From: Vicugna vicugna | Lineage: Eukaryota | Assembly (NCBI GenBank): GCA_013265495.1 | Contig: MU058781.1 | Coordinates: 6,228,522-6,292,521 of the forward strand | Direction of reading: 5' to 3' | Length of the DNA: 64,000 nt | Shown: positions 15,044-28,520 of the stretch, piece by piece | How the letters are laid out: each line of letters starts with the position of its first letter | How positions within the stretch are numbered: position 1 is the stretch's first letter | The notes under the pieces: model-generated | Database searches by the model: none | What the model was told of the DNA's origin: nothing | What the model saw: the letters and a program-made list of their open reading frames with translations, nothing else | Position numbers and translations under genes: made by a program

Positions 15044-16191
15044 GAACTGAAATGAAGGCTAAGGGAAAATGAATGGGAAAGAAAAGAAAGAAAGAAATGG
15101 TGGCAATAGAGACCAGAAATTATATCAAAGGTGCCTCCATGGCAGCCAGTCCCCAGTTTTGTAGGGAAAACAATCAATTGTGTATGAAAGGATTCATTAT
15201 TTAAATCAAGTTTGCCATCCAGCCCCAGTCACTTACTGTTTGAATAAAGGTAATTTCTTTCGCTGTGTGTAGGACACATTGAGAACTCGTGAATAAAAGC
15301 CAAAGTGGTATTTTCTTTTGAAGAAGGAAAAATAAGTCCTGCAGAAAGTATTTGGCAAAAAGAAGGAGATTGTTAAGCCTTATTATATAAGGCTTATAAT
15401 ATTATCAGGCTGCCAATAATAAAAGGAAGTGGGGGACAAGGGGAGGCTAAAAATGGACCTTATAATGGAACAGATGATGCCAGCAGGATGACAACCTGCA
15501 TTTGCCCAAGGGTAGCCATCACAATACAAGGCGGTTCAGAGCACCTTATTTTGCTTCAAAGTGCTAAAAGAAGGGTGCCTCTTTAATATGGAAAGGGCGA
15601 GAGAGATTTTTTTTTTCTTGCTGTAGGTGAATCTCAAGGGGTCAGAAAAGAAAAGGTGTGTCAAAAAGAAAAGACAGGAGAGCCATCTGGAGGAGGACAG
15701 ATTGTGAAATTGTTCAGGAGCTAAGCAAGGCCTTCTTCAGGGAGATGCTATGGAACTTTGATGCTCACACCAGAGGGAGTAGCATTAAAATTTTTTTTTC
15801 AGTAATTCAGACGCCAGAGATGAATGAGTTCAGACTCAGATCTCACAAGGGCACCAGCAAGGTTAATTAATATAAGCTACATCGTGAAAGGAACTTATCT
15901 ATTAAAAAATGAGAACTACGGGCTTGACTCTCAGTAACATCCTGAAGAGAGCCAAAGATGAAGGCTGTGTCCGCATTATGTAGAGACGGAATGGTTGTCA
16001 GGAGCATAGCTGAACTGTTCTCGAAAGTATTTAAATGCGACAGGCCTGCAGAGGTAGGCAAGAATAACACAATTCTTTTTTCTTTTCTTTCTTTCTTTTT
16101 TTTTTTGGAATTGGGCCAGGATGTCCAACATAAGCCAGACTTGCAACAGACCTGAGCCACAACGCACAGCTGTGCATTGGATTGCCCAGTG

Positions 16192-16353
16192 CAGTGGTCC
16201 TTAACCTGCACATTTGCATCACCCAGGAAGCTTTCAAAACTCCTGGTGCCCACGCCCCACCTGGCACCAGTGGCTGGAGGTGGGCCCAGAATGTGGTGCT
16301 TCTGAAAGCTCCCAGCTGATTCCCGTGGGCAGCCTAGGCTGTGAGAACCACTG
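16192..16353. mobile_element. MER5-type hAT-Charlie MITE
   Basis: Terminal inverted repeats CAGTGGTCCT..GAGAACCACTG. Confidence 0.75.
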
Positions 16354-17951
16354 CCATGAAATTTCAATAAAAATGTCCACCAAGCCCCCAGATTCATTAC
16401 AAAGCTGGGAAGGGATAACACTTTTGAAACTGAAATCTCCCCCAAAATAGGGTCCGAAAATACCCCTGAAAATATCCCATATTTTCAGTAGAGAGCTGAG
16501 GTTACACCCAGGAAGCGTATGGAAATGAAGACGAGACGTACCTGCTCAGCGTCACAGGTGAAGTCTCATTCAGTCCAGGTGTAGCTGTGAACGTGTGTGC
16601 TGGACACCAGATGTCTTGAATATTTGAAAGAAAGTTCTGAGGCCAATGGTATAAGATGAGAGTGAATATTCAAGGACTGAGAGGGGAACCATATAAAGAA
16701 TGGAAATACTATGAGACAGTGAATACTTTTGACTAAGAAACAAAGAGCCAAAGGAAACAAAAGGGAAATGATCAAAAAAGAGATGTTAATGTCAGCAGGT
16801 ACTACGATGTGATGAGTCCGGTCAGACATGGGAAGACCATTTCTTCATTGCTCAAAAAAAAACCTTAAAATATGATGGGAAAAAACAGATCAATAAATGT
16901 GAGAATACTTTAAAAACAAAGCTTCTTACGTAGACCAACAGTATACTGAAATACAAGGGAATTTTAGACGTAGATCTTTCCCCTTAGTAGCCAGGTTGTC
17001 ATCTTTAATTTAGTTATCATTTGGAGTGAAACTAATAGAAGATGATGAAAAGGGGGAGGGTCCCGTGTGAGCCAGTCTCTTCCTAGAAATCCACGGCAGT
17101 TTCTGTGTCCTCAGCACCTCCCCCCATGGTCTTTTTTCTTTCTTTTTTTTTTTATTGTGGTAAAATTAAAATACCATTTTTTCCCTTTATTTTTTCATTA
17201 TCTGCTTTTTGACAAAGATGACAGCAATTCCAGAGCCACTCTGGATAACCTACCTGAAAGCATCTTCATGCTAATAGGTGTTATGCTCACTCAGAAAGAA
17301 TCATAATGATGTGTAAAAAATATAATATTAAGAAGCTAACTTATCAGACTAAGTGAATCTTCGAATGTATTTTAAAACATTCTGATGAGACTCCAGTGGC
17401 TGTGTTACATATGTTGGTTTCATATACACATGTAATTATGTGTATGGATTGGTACACATCTCTTTAAAGAGATGGGACTGGCTTTCACTTATCCACATAG
17501 GTGTTATCCACTTTAGGTGTCCTTTATCCCAGACTCATTTCTCCTGTCCTGGGTCTCCCTCCACAAGATTCGCAATTCTCTGTCGATGCCTCCTGCCTCT
17601 GGTCCAAGTTTATTCCCTTCTCCAGGCGACTTCTGTACTTGATAACCTTTAATGTAGTTAGGGAGTTTGTTCACATTGAATCAGAGCCTCTAACACTATT
17701 TGTTGAACCTCACGGGAGTTTTTTAAGGAGGAAGACATTGGCTGGGTGAAAACTGAATAAAGGCAGTTAACACTCAGAGTGACCGTCTTAGGAACTCTAA
17801 CAGTGACAGAGCAGGAATGAGACCTCTTGTGAGAAACTTTGGCTTATTCTATGCACAAGACTCCCATTAAGAGAGCACAGCCAAGGTAGGTTTATCTGTG
17901 GGTTAACGAGGAAAGCTCTGAGGAATACACAGTGGATGCAAGAATGAATGT

Positions 17952-18218
17952 AATCTTATGGTTACCAGGCGGAAAGCGGGTGGGAGGGATAAATTTGGGA
18001 GTTTGAGATTTGCAAATATTTACTACTATATATAAAAATAGATTAAAAATTTCTTCTGTATAGCACAGGGAACTATATTCAATATCTTATAATAACCTTT
18101 AATGAAAAAGAATATGAAAATGAATATATGTATGTATATGTATGACTGGGACACTGTGCTGTACACCAGAAACTGACACACTGTAACTGACCATACTTCA
18201 GTTAAAAAAAAAAAAAAA
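17952..18218 (+). mobile_element. L1 3' end with poly(A)
   Basis: AGCACAGGGAACTATATTCAATATCTT..CTGACCATACTTCAGTT followed by an A-run. Confidence 0.9.
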
Positions 18219-20140
18219 GAACTAACGTAGTATACACGTTAGTTTGGCTAGAAACAAGACCCCAGTCTTATCGCAGCATCTTTGGGCATGGCATCCTCTG
18301 ATCGTGTTCTTAAAGAAAATAATTGAACTAGTAACTTCCATAGGTTTTAAGGTTTTTTTGTTATTTTTTTAGAGTTTCTATGGGTAGCACCTCTCTGCAC
18401 ATAATGTGATCATTGCTATCATTTTTAAGTACCAACAGTTGATAAATCCTGACTTTATAAAATCCAGTGGTAAAGAATACAGATATTGTTCCCCAGGTTT
18501 TTCAATACTTTTCCTTAAAATGTCAGACTTCACAAAGGACAAGGGCTGCACATGCAGGATTAACTTCCGCCTGGGGAGGAAGTACATGACTTCTTAGGCA
18601 TCGTTTTGGGGGTAAAGCCATAGAAAGCGTCCACGCAAACCGGGAATCCCAAGTTCTCTTGGAGCTACTGATCTCATCATTTTAGTGAAGGTTCAGACTC
18701 CTAGGTAAGCCTGGTAGAGCCTTTCTTGTCTGGATCTTAGACGACTATTCTGTCCTCTTTTAGCCTCTAGGAGTGAATTTCCCTAAAAAAACTGTTCTGT
18801 GTTTCGCACTAATTTCACAGTCTCTCTAGTTGAGCCGTAGCAAGTGCGTCCCTCTTGTTAGCAGAAGGCTCTTGCCAGCAAGAGCCTAAGAGCCAACTGT
18901 CATAAAAATAATAGAATGATGGGGGAGGGTGGACTTGCTTTGACAAACATCTCCCAGTTTTCCCGTAGTGAACAACTTCTTACCACATAAAACTGTCTGA
19001 AGGCTGTAACTGAGCCCAAACTTTAATAAATGTTTTCACTTTAAGAGGTTTTCCAAGAATCATAGATTTTAAAGCTGGAGGGAAGCTTCGCCGTCCTCAG
19101 CAAATTGCAAAGCAGTGGCGATGGTATAATTTTGAGAAAAATGAGCCCAAAGAGAAGTGCTTTGTGTCAGGTCACACAGCGGGTATTTGTGGAAGGCCCG
19201 GGATTAAATAAAGCCCAGCGCTCCTGCCTGCTGGCCCCGTGATTCTGAGGCTCATTTCTCCCCTTCATGACAAATACTGTATTTGGTTATGATTCTGTGC
19301 ACTGTCACTGAAAAAAGTCACTGCTTTCACTGGATGAAAAGGAATTACCGTTTCCCAAGTGGCTACTGTATACTTTCCTTTTTTCTTTAAATCCTGTGAA
19401 ATATATGCTATTAAACCTATTTGACAAATGAGGAAGAGAGGCTTACAGAGTTTAAGAATTCATGCAAGGCCACACTGTGACTGAGCCAGGATTCAAACCC
19501 AGGGCTGTGTGAGTTCAGATCTGGTGCCCTTTTCTGCAATGCTGGACTGTCTCTCTTTGTGTGATTTATTTTCTCAGTAACTACAGCATTGCAATCTGAA
19601 GAAACGGTCTTTCAGAGATTACAATGAATGTCAATTCCTCCTGTGTCTGTAAAAGTCTTTAGAGAAGTTACCTAGAACAGTACGGGAGTACCTCATCGAA
19701 GATACTGCAAGTTTGGTTCCAGGCCACATCAGTGATTATTAATTCTCACCTCCACAAGACCAAAAGCCCTAAAACTAGTCTTGATCCCAAATGAAAATCA
19801 TTTGTAGCTTGTGGACTATTATAAAATCATGAGGTTTAACTTTTTACCTTGAACTACAAATTCATCATTCATTCACCACCTTTTCCCATCTTATATTCAT
19901 TCTCCATGTTTTTTATTTTTCCTTCTTACGAGCTCTCCTCCATCTCTGTATTTTTTTCATGTTTTTTGATAATAGCCTCTTTTTTCCTAGACATCCAATA
20001 GATATTTGTTTCTTTAGGAATGAGTTCTGTTGTTACCAGGAATTAACTCTTTAGGAATGAATTTGGTCTGTGAACAGTGGTCACACCATGGTTTTAAAGT
20101 CTGCCCAAAAATCTGTTTAGATTTTTAGGACTAACATCTT

Positions 20141-20430
20141 TTTTTTTTTAACTTGGAGTGACATAGGTGACATTTACAATCATATCAACCTCAACATCTC
20201 ATTTACTGTTTTTGAGGGGGGTGGGGAGATGAGGACTATATTTATGTATTTATCTATTCATTTTTTAATTTTATTGAAATACAGTCAGTTTACAATGTTG
20301 TGTCAGTTTCTGGTGTACAGCCTAATGTTTCAGTCATACACATACATACATACATTCTTTTTCATTATAGGTTACTACAAGATATTGAATATAGTTCCCT
20401 GTGCTAGACAGAAGAAACTCATTGTTTATC
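20141..20430 (-). mobile_element. Truncated L1 plus extra 3' sequence, flanked by a 14-bp TSD
   Basis: AGGACTAACATCTT at 20127-20140 and 20431-20444; L1 part ~20262-20430. Confidence 0.85.
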
Positions 20431-20508
20431 AGGACTAACATCTTAAGCAATATTTATTCTCTCTCTTCTTTCTCCTCTGCCAGTGAATACATTTGTTTCT
20501 CCATTTAA

Positions 20509-20673
<165 letters not shown>

Positions 20674-20728
20674 TGAGGCGCGCTGCCCAGGCGATGAGCT
20701 CATGTGCTCCAGCCTCTGCAGTCGGCAG

Positions 20729-21005
20729 CTTTCAGGCAGAATGCATGGATTTGTAGCAGTTATTTTAGTGATCTATATGCTGCCAATGCTGTATGTTTAA
20801 TTTCTCGATAAGTTTTATTTGTGTGGGGGAAGAAATGAAGCAACTATCTTGAAGTTGGTGGAATTACAGTTTCTTCTGTGTAGCCTAGGGAAGCAATATC
20901 CAATTCTGAGAATTAAGTAGGGAGTTTTCTTCCCATGAAAAAAGAGAAACTTCTACGGGGCCAGAGATGGCAGGAGGTCCCCAGGTGGAGGGTGGGAGCT
21001 GAGGG
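20729..21005 (+). repeat. Diverged local direct repeat, copy A (intron 4)
   Basis: Colinear similarity to 21979-22254, including identical TAGGGAAGCAATATCCA. Confidence 0.85.
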
Positions 21006-21345
21006 CAGTCTGCACAAACGCTCAGACAACTTTTGCAGCATTCACGCACATGGTCCCCATAATAACCTTCACCAACCATTTCAGGAACCAGCCTTCACAG
21101 CTTTGGTCTGACAGCCTCTACCTCCATCTCTCTGCTTGGCCTCTGGGAGGGCAAGGACGAGGCCTTAGCTCCAGTGGGCGTGGGGGAGGATGTCTGTCTC
21201 TTTCAACAGTAATTCCCCAACATCTGTTTGTTAAATGACTGAATAACCAACTAGAGAAGCCAGGAATGTTCATTAAAGGCAGTACTCATGAGAACCTGGA
21301 GGAAGTTACTTGGACTCTTTTTCACTCTTTAATACTGCTTTTCAG

Positions 21346-21630
21346 ACTAAAGAAGAAGAAATAAGAAAAACGCTATGGGGTGACGGAAGTCGGCCCCCAG
21401 CCCATCATTCAGATGCAGCTGAACCGGGTGAGACGGAGGTTCCGTTGGCCAAAGGACTTGAAACTGAGAGCTCTACTGTGTTTGAACCGTCCCACCTGCA
21501 GGAAGGAAAGCTGTTGAAAAGGAAAAAGAGTAAAAGTGACACAGCCTCAAATGACAGAATGTACGGTTATGAAGGTATTGAGGTGGTGGAGTCAGACATG
21601 TCCTACAACCAAGCAGACAACGGATTCTAA
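21346..21630 (+). CDS. STMND1: STMND1 coding exon 5 to TAA (TKEEEIRK...LLKRKKSK...SYNQADNGF*)
   Basis: Acceptor TTTTCAG|ACT; TAA at 21628-21630 is followed directly by TGA; contains basic KRKKSK NLS-like motif. Confidence 0.95.
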   Translation, partial: TKEEEIRKTLWGDGSRPPAHHSDAAEPGETEVPLAKGLETESSTVFEPSHLQEGKLLKRKKSKSDTASNDRMYGYEGIEVVESDMSYNQADNGF

Positions 21631-21978
21631 TGAGACGTTTTATATGAATTTCATGAAAAGGCACCCAGTTCTCCCCAGGTGTGACATTCTTAGTCTGTGT
21701 CATGTTCTCTTTGAATGCCTCACCCCTCGCCCACTGGGATGTGCGGTGGACTTAGAAATGACTGTGTGAGCTCCGTGCGCTGGCACTTAGCTGAGTAAAC
21801 TCAATGGCTATGCAGTTTTTTTTAAGAAAGAAGCTATGACTAGCCTCCCCTTTATAAAGTTGTCACTCTCCTTCAGTGTGGCCTCAGACATTGTGAAAAT
21901 GTCTTCAACTTTTGAACGCCTTTCAGCTTGTGTTTGTGCCAAATGAAATCCTTTTTTTGTTCCTGCCATCCGAGGGTC

Positions 21979-22254
21979 CTTTAAGACAAATTGTATGGAC
22001 TTGTTTTATTTTAATGGTCTGTATGCTTCTTGTGCTGTATGTGTGGGTTTTTTTTTTAATTCTTTTTGTGTTGTGATTAAAGCAATAGCCTAAATTTGGT
22101 TGTATTACAGTCTTACCCATATAGCTTAGGGAAGCAATATCCACTTCTCGGAATTAAGTGAGGTGTGGAATTTTCTTCACATGAGAAAAGAAGAACTTTA
22201 ATTGGGGCTGCGGTGGGAGGAGGCCCGGGGGAGGGAGCAGGTAAGCTGAGAGGG
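21979..22254 (+). repeat. Diverged local direct repeat, copy B (3'UTR end / flank)
   Basis: Matches copy A at an offset of ~1240-1250 bp. Confidence 0.85.
22076..22081 (+). terminator. Probable STMND1 poly(A) signal ATTAAA
   Basis: About 450 nt after the stop, with U-rich upstream and GU-rich downstream sequence. An alternative AATAAA lies at 23138-23143. Confidence 0.55.
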
Positions 22255-22399
22255 GGCTGTGATGCTAGTGCCTGGGGAGTTTCCTGGCCCTCATCTTATT
22301 GGACTCATACTGTGGTTCTTCTCTGTCCCTTACATCCACACAATCAATTATCAGGTCTTAGGAGTCGACATTCTATAAAGATCTCGCACCCCTTTTCAT

Positions 22400-22986
22400 C
22401 CTTCCTCTAGTATTCCCTGTATTACCTACATCAGACCACCTGACCATCATTCAGCTGGATTACTACAACCGTCTTCTCAATATTTATTCAATAACCTTCT
22501 GCTTAAACCCTTTGTTGGCTCCCTTTTATGGTCAAGATAGAGTCCAGACTTCTTTCTGTCACTGGTAGGGCTCTCAGCTTTCATAGTTTGCTCCCACTGA
22601 ACTTCCAGGTCCTCAAACTCAGCACACTCTCCCTAGCCTCTGGGTCTTTGCACATGCTGTTCCCTGCTTCCCTTCTCCCTTCTCACTGCTTGATTTGACT
22701 TGGCTTCTTGTTTTCCATGTCCCCACTCAGACACCACTTCCTTCAAAGCCCCTGATCTGGGTGGGGTCCCCTCTCTCATAGTTGGCTTTTGGCAGCCCGG
22801 ATTACTCAGTGTCGCACTTACCACACTCTGTAGGAATCATCTGACGCATTTCCATCTTCACCACCCGATGTGTCAGTTTGAACAGGGCAGAGGATGGGTC
22901 TGTCTTGACTGTGGTTGCATTTTTGTACCTTGGAAAGTGAATGGCACACAATACATGCCATGTAAATATTTCTTCAGTGGATGAAT
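22400..22986 (+). mobile_element. L2 3' fragment
   Basis: GGTCTTTGCACATGCTGTTCCC..GGCACACAATA..AAATATTT..GGATGAAT terminus. Confidence 0.7.
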
Positions 22987-25959
22987 CTATATATTCAGCC
23001 ATCCTTCAGAAGCAGGAGGACAGCCCCAAGAGATGGCTTGTTTCTCTGGGAACCAGTGGCTGGGGGCAGGGCTGATGGGAGCTGAAGACTGCTGGGCACC
23101 TCCTAAACACGTTATACATTCCCTTTGTGATGCTGCAAATAAATGCCTCGTGTATTCTGTAGCCTGTAGGACTGAGGACTCCTGCAGCCAGCGAGGTATG
23201 ACGGCAGTAGTAGAGTTCTTTCAAAACTCATTCCAGAACCAAAACCTTTAAGAATCAAAGTCTACATCATATAGCGGTACCTTGGAAAGTCCTGTAGGCT
23301 CCCTGGGCCTCCATTGCCTTATATGTTAATTTTGGATCGCCATTCTCATGGCATTGTACCCAATGACATAATGTGTTTAAAAGTACTGTGTAGAATACGC
23401 CACAATCTTTATAGCATATTATTTATATAAAATCCTCTGTGGGTCACACGATCGTTTTCATCTGTCCACAGGTTTTTCTATGGAGTTGATCTTGTGGCCA
23501 GTCTTGTAAAATATTAGAGTAACTGATGATTTACTGGTACGAAATGATTGTACTGGGACAGTTAGGAAAAGCTGGAGTATCATTCAGATCTCTGCAAATA
23601 ATAAAATTTAAATGACCAAAAAATACATTCAGTGCAAATTTATAGTCATTGTTGTCAGGTAAATTGATCCTCAAATTTGCCAAGTACCCCAATAATACTT
23701 TCTCTTGGAAACTTACGCTCTTGCATATGATCTTTATAGAGGCTTAGAAGACACGTTTATTGAGTTAAATATATGTATAATGTAGATGTGAGCATTCTCA
23801 CATATACCTGGCTTGAAAGGCTCTTCCTGTATATAAACATGCCAAGTAGTGACACACCTTAAATGAGAAGCCATGTATTTTCTTAGCAGGACCATCCATT
23901 TTAACAGGATGGAAAGAGAGAAAATGTTTATTTTATCTACTGAAATAACAGAATTGTTTTTCTCATTCTTAAAGTTTTGAACAGTCACCAGGGTATTTCA
24001 ATTAAAACTAAACCACCACCATCAGAAAGTTATGAGTCAGGAAGACGAGATTAAGTGTCTTTATAATCATTTTAATTGAAGGGGGAAAAAACTTATGGGT
24101 GATTTGTAATTGTTCAAAGGAATATTTAAAAGGTGTATTTTAAAATAGTTTGCAGATATTTCAAATACACACAATGTAAGAGTCTTACGTTAGCAAAAGT
24201 AATTTTGCAAACACAAAGACAAAAATAGAATTTATCAGAGTGTTGCTATAGTGACGACCAGCAATTTATGACTGTGTCTACTTCTGTTTATTTTATTATC
24301 AATAAATAGTTAGTCTTTGAAGGCATAATTATACAGTAAATACTGCATTTTGAAGATGTATAATGCTACGGCGTGTCAGTTGAGAGATCACTTTTGCACC
24401 CACGTATAACATGTATATGCAGCACCTTCTTGTAGGATGGTGAAATTTATGTCTCAGAAGATCAATAAATGGCATTCTTTTGAAATAAAGTGTGGGAGAT
24501 GACCATTATGGTCTCTCTGTGTCACTTGTATTTGCTTCTTAAAAATAATAGCTGCCTCTTTGGTTTTTTTAATTCCATTAATAATATGTAATAGGAAATA
24601 TGCACTGAAAAATATAATCAAAAAACACCAAGAGTCCAACCTTTTCCTCTCCCACCAAGAATCCTGCTAGAAACATTTTGCTTTAGGTGCCTTGACATTT
24701 TTCTCTTCTTTCCATCTACAACATAATCTGTTTTGTAACTTGCTTGTCTTTATTCAAATGTACAGTATCTTTTCAGGTAAATAAATCTACTCCCACAATA
24801 TCATTCTTAATGATGTAACATTTTTTAGCTTCCCTGTTATGTTTCTAGGGATTCTGTTCCTTAATGACAGTTGTAACACATGTTTCCATTTCTGTTTTTC
24901 ATAAATTGGCAAGTAAAATAACTTGAACGTTCCCCCTTTAACAACAGTCCAAACACCTCGGCAGGCAGGCAGCCGCCATGCTTACTTGCCTAGGTGATCT
25001 TGCTTTTCATTGTCCTCCTTTCTGGTCACTGCCTCTCAGAGCACAAATAACCAGTCTTGCAAATCCACCTCCAGACTCTTCTCCTGTTGAGGAATTGCAT
25101 TCCTCCCATCATGGCTTCTGTTCAGCACACTGAGATCTCAAGTGTGCTTCAAAAGTCCATGTGCTAAAGAAAAAAAAAAGTGACAATTATACCTTATATC
25201 TGAGCCGGCTTCTCACCAATCAGGGGTAAAGGCTACCTGCACTGGCAAAGTGTTATTGACAGAAAAGTGCAGTTAAGGGTCTGGAACCTTTTCTTTCATC
25301 ATTTGGAAACAAGAAGTTACTGTCAGCAAAATAATGCGATCAGCTGTTTTAAGCACCAGATGAAATCATTCTGAACATCAAAGTTGTAAAAGCAGTAATT
25401 CAATTCCTAGTCATTTCTAGTGATGAATACATACATTTCCTCTCCATGTAATGCAATTCAATCCCTGAACCAAACATATCGCTTAAAAATGTATATGACA
25501 ATTCATGCTTTTCCCTCCTTAATGTAAATAGCAGTGCTCGTTTATTAAATGGGAGAAAGACTGTACAGAGGGTTATCTCTTAACCCACCTTGTGGGATTG
25601 GCCTGTGCTGGTTCTCAGCATGTGCCCTGCTCCACCTCCCGCAACCCCCGACCCCCACCCGCCAACCAGAAGTATCAGTGTCACATGGGACCTTGTAACA
25701 AACCCAGGTCCTCAGCCCTGCCCTAGACCTTCTGTATAAAATCACGCGGTGGGGCAGTCTGGGTTTGACGAGCCCTCCCGGTGGTTCTCATGCACACTCA
25801 GGCTTATGTTCACTCATTCTGTAAGCCTACAGAGCCGTGCCTACGGTAAGCTGCCCATTCGAGACTAGAAGGCCACGTTCCAGCAGGTCCAAATACCCCT
25901 GCCCACCAAGGGTCAAGCTGAACATTTCCCAAGAGTCAGTTATATCCCATCTACAACTA

Positions 25960-26403
25960 TTAACGCCCTTCGTACTGGTGTCTGGTCAGGCCATTCAAGA
26001 TGGCTGCTCTCTTGTTCTCTGTCCATCCCCTGTTCGGCCAGTCCCTGCTTCACTGACACAACTATACAGTCCTCTTAGGTAAAGAGCTTAATCAGTAACC
26101 GCCTAGTGCTTGCCCCCCAGCCCCTCTGCTGGTTTCCCTGGTAACTGATGGGCCAGCCTGACGTCACTCCCCGTGTAAACGGCAGCCTCCTTCTCCCCTG
26201 AGTAGCGGAGACTGCTGCCGTGTCCTGCCTGCCGTCTGCTGTACCTGGCGGGGTGTCGCTCTGGGACCTTTTGCTTCAGGCTCGTAAGTTTCCCCTGTTT
26301 TTCCCAAACCCGACGATGTCTCTGTTGCTGTTTGAAGGCTCTTTCTTCCATCTAGAGTCTGGGCAACCTCAAGGCTTGCAGGCCTGCGGGGTGCAGCCCA
26401 ATA
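25960..26403 (+). mobile_element. Solo ERV LTR (possibly ERVL MER73/74-like)
   Basis: LTR-like composition (CAAGATGGCTGC, TGACGTCA, end GGTGCAGCCCAATA); family and left edge uncertain. Confidence 0.55.
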
Positions 26404-27914
26404 ACCAGCTATTACATTTAATTTTGAATAGCTTTTTTAAAAAATGTCATCTATAAAGAAATAGGCAACAGTGTATAAAAAACTTCGAAGGTTCTAGACT
26501 CATATGTTTTCTTAAAAATGTACAAATTTCACCCTCCAATTCAAGGACATTAAAACTGCAATTGTAGACATTGCATGATGGATGGGGCTTTTGTAGGAAT
26601 CCGGACCGTGCCTTGGTGTTACATCAAAGTATTTTCAAATGAAGGTATATGTAACTGTTTTAAGTTAAAACAATATTTAGGGTATGTAAGCACTGTTTCT
26701 CAAGACTCCCTGCCTAATTGCCTTTTTTATTAACTAATAATCTCCCACACATGATTCATCTGTTGTATTTTTAATAAATTTTCTGACATAATTTTTAATA
26801 TATTGACCAAAAATTTTTTAATGTTTTAAATTTAAAATCAGGGTGTTTTTTTTTCTCACATGCCATTCAAAATTGCTGAAAGTATTTTTAAAACTGCTTA
26901 AGGGGTTTGTAATTTTTAAGAAGTTGAAAGATGTTATTATCTATGTAAGCAATGTCTTTTGGTGGTTTTGGTCATTTTCAGTTTATCAATAAGTTATTGT
27001 AAACAATCCCACAGTCAACACCAACATGCCAGCTTATTAAATTAGTCTTCAACTTCATCTCATAAGTTCTATAACATAGAAATTTTCATTTTGGGTCTTG
27101 TGTCTACTATTGCAGAGAAGTTGACAGTGCAGGACAGAGCCATTGCCACAGGAACATTCTGTGCTCCATTAGCCCAGAATACTTGGAACCATTTATTTAA
27201 TTCTCCAAGGAGGGACTGTTTATTCCTTTGTCCTCCCAGACTTGTTAAAATCTGTGCAGCCTGAATGCGAGAAATCCATACCAGAAAAAACAAATGAGTA
27301 ATTATCAGCTGCAGCTGAGGTCAAGAGATTCATTTGGCCCTTAGTCCTCAGCCCAAGATGAACAATTGTTGGCCTGCCAGTCAGTTGCTAGAAAGACTAA
27401 TGTTTCCAGCACCACCTACTGCACAGCAAAGGAGCAGAGGGATGTTCTTGGCAGACGGCCTTGGTGTCTTGGCTTGGACAAAACTGTACAGTACGCTCGC
27501 TATAATATAGAAATGGTAGGTTAAAGACGGCGCAGTCATTGACAATTTCACGTCACTTAGTCTAATAAAAGCCTCCAGATTCACAGGATCAAGGAGCATT
27601 TCGGAGCCTGTCTAGACAGCACTTCCGAGGCCAGTGTGAGGACATGCTCGGAGGGGAGCCCTCACAGTGCCCGCCCCCTCAACTTCCCAGCAACCAGGCT
27701 GCTCACGCCCTCCCCAAGAGGGGCTGCTTCACGAACTCTTCTCCCCACCCCCAACATCGCATCAACAAGATCATGCGATATTCTTCTGTTTGTGTTTTTT
27801 TTTCCTTCCCTTGGTCTTAAATTGAAAGCTTTGAAATGATTTGAGTCACTACCACCTCACTCCAGTTCCCAGGTTTTCTGAGACAATCTGGTACTTCTGG
27901 TTAATATGGTGTCC

Positions 27915-28520
27915 TGTAAGCACCTGACGGCTTCTTTTTAAAATTGTGTTGCAAGTGCCTGACATTAAGCTTTTGATTGCCAAGGCATCTCCTTCAAAGA
28001 CATCCATCTCGAATAGACAGATTGTCAGCGACATAGTTAGATCAAGAGCCAGGCTGCCCTCCTCCCAGGTTTCCTTTCTTTTAGAGATCTCTGCTTGACT
28101 TAGATCACTGACCTTGTGACCTCTTATTTTTCCCCTTCCCCTGCTTTAATTCCTGCTCTTTTGTTTTAAATTCAATAAAGAGCAAAGCAGCGAAATCCTA
28201 GACACCCTCCATTCAACCCCCCTAAACAGACCCCGAGCTCACGTGCTCTCTCTTGACCCACGACCTTGCTGCTCAGCCCCAGGGGTGCTGTGTACCCTTT
28301 AGGATTTGCGAGTAATAAACCCTGCTCTTCCAGCGTTCCCTGATGCTTATTGCTGAAGTGTATCTTACAGTCAGAACAAGAACCACAAGGGCGGGTCCAG
28401 CCAGAACGTTGGTTCCAAAAGGGGAAACGTCTGTGGGAATTGGCTGGTGTCCGAGTGAGTGTCCTCAGGTGTTCCTGGCCAGTGGCATCACTACTGATGG
28501 CCTGAGACCAGCACAAAACA
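27915..28520 (+). mobile_element. Solo ERV LTR, family unassigned
   Basis: TG start, AATAAA at ~28314 followed by a U5-like segment, ends AAAACA. Confidence 0.55.

Noticed and set aside
15374..15396. Inverted repeat TAAGCCTTAT-TAT-ATAAGGCTTA
   Set aside because: Short and AT-rich; plausible by chance.
15867..16445. 192-aa antisense ORF
   Set aside because: It spans a MER5 element and a poly(T) tract and resembles no known protein.
27050..27360. Coding-looking stretch, possible pseudogene
   Set aside because: The frames I translated gave stops and no recognisable protein; no poly(A) or TSD.
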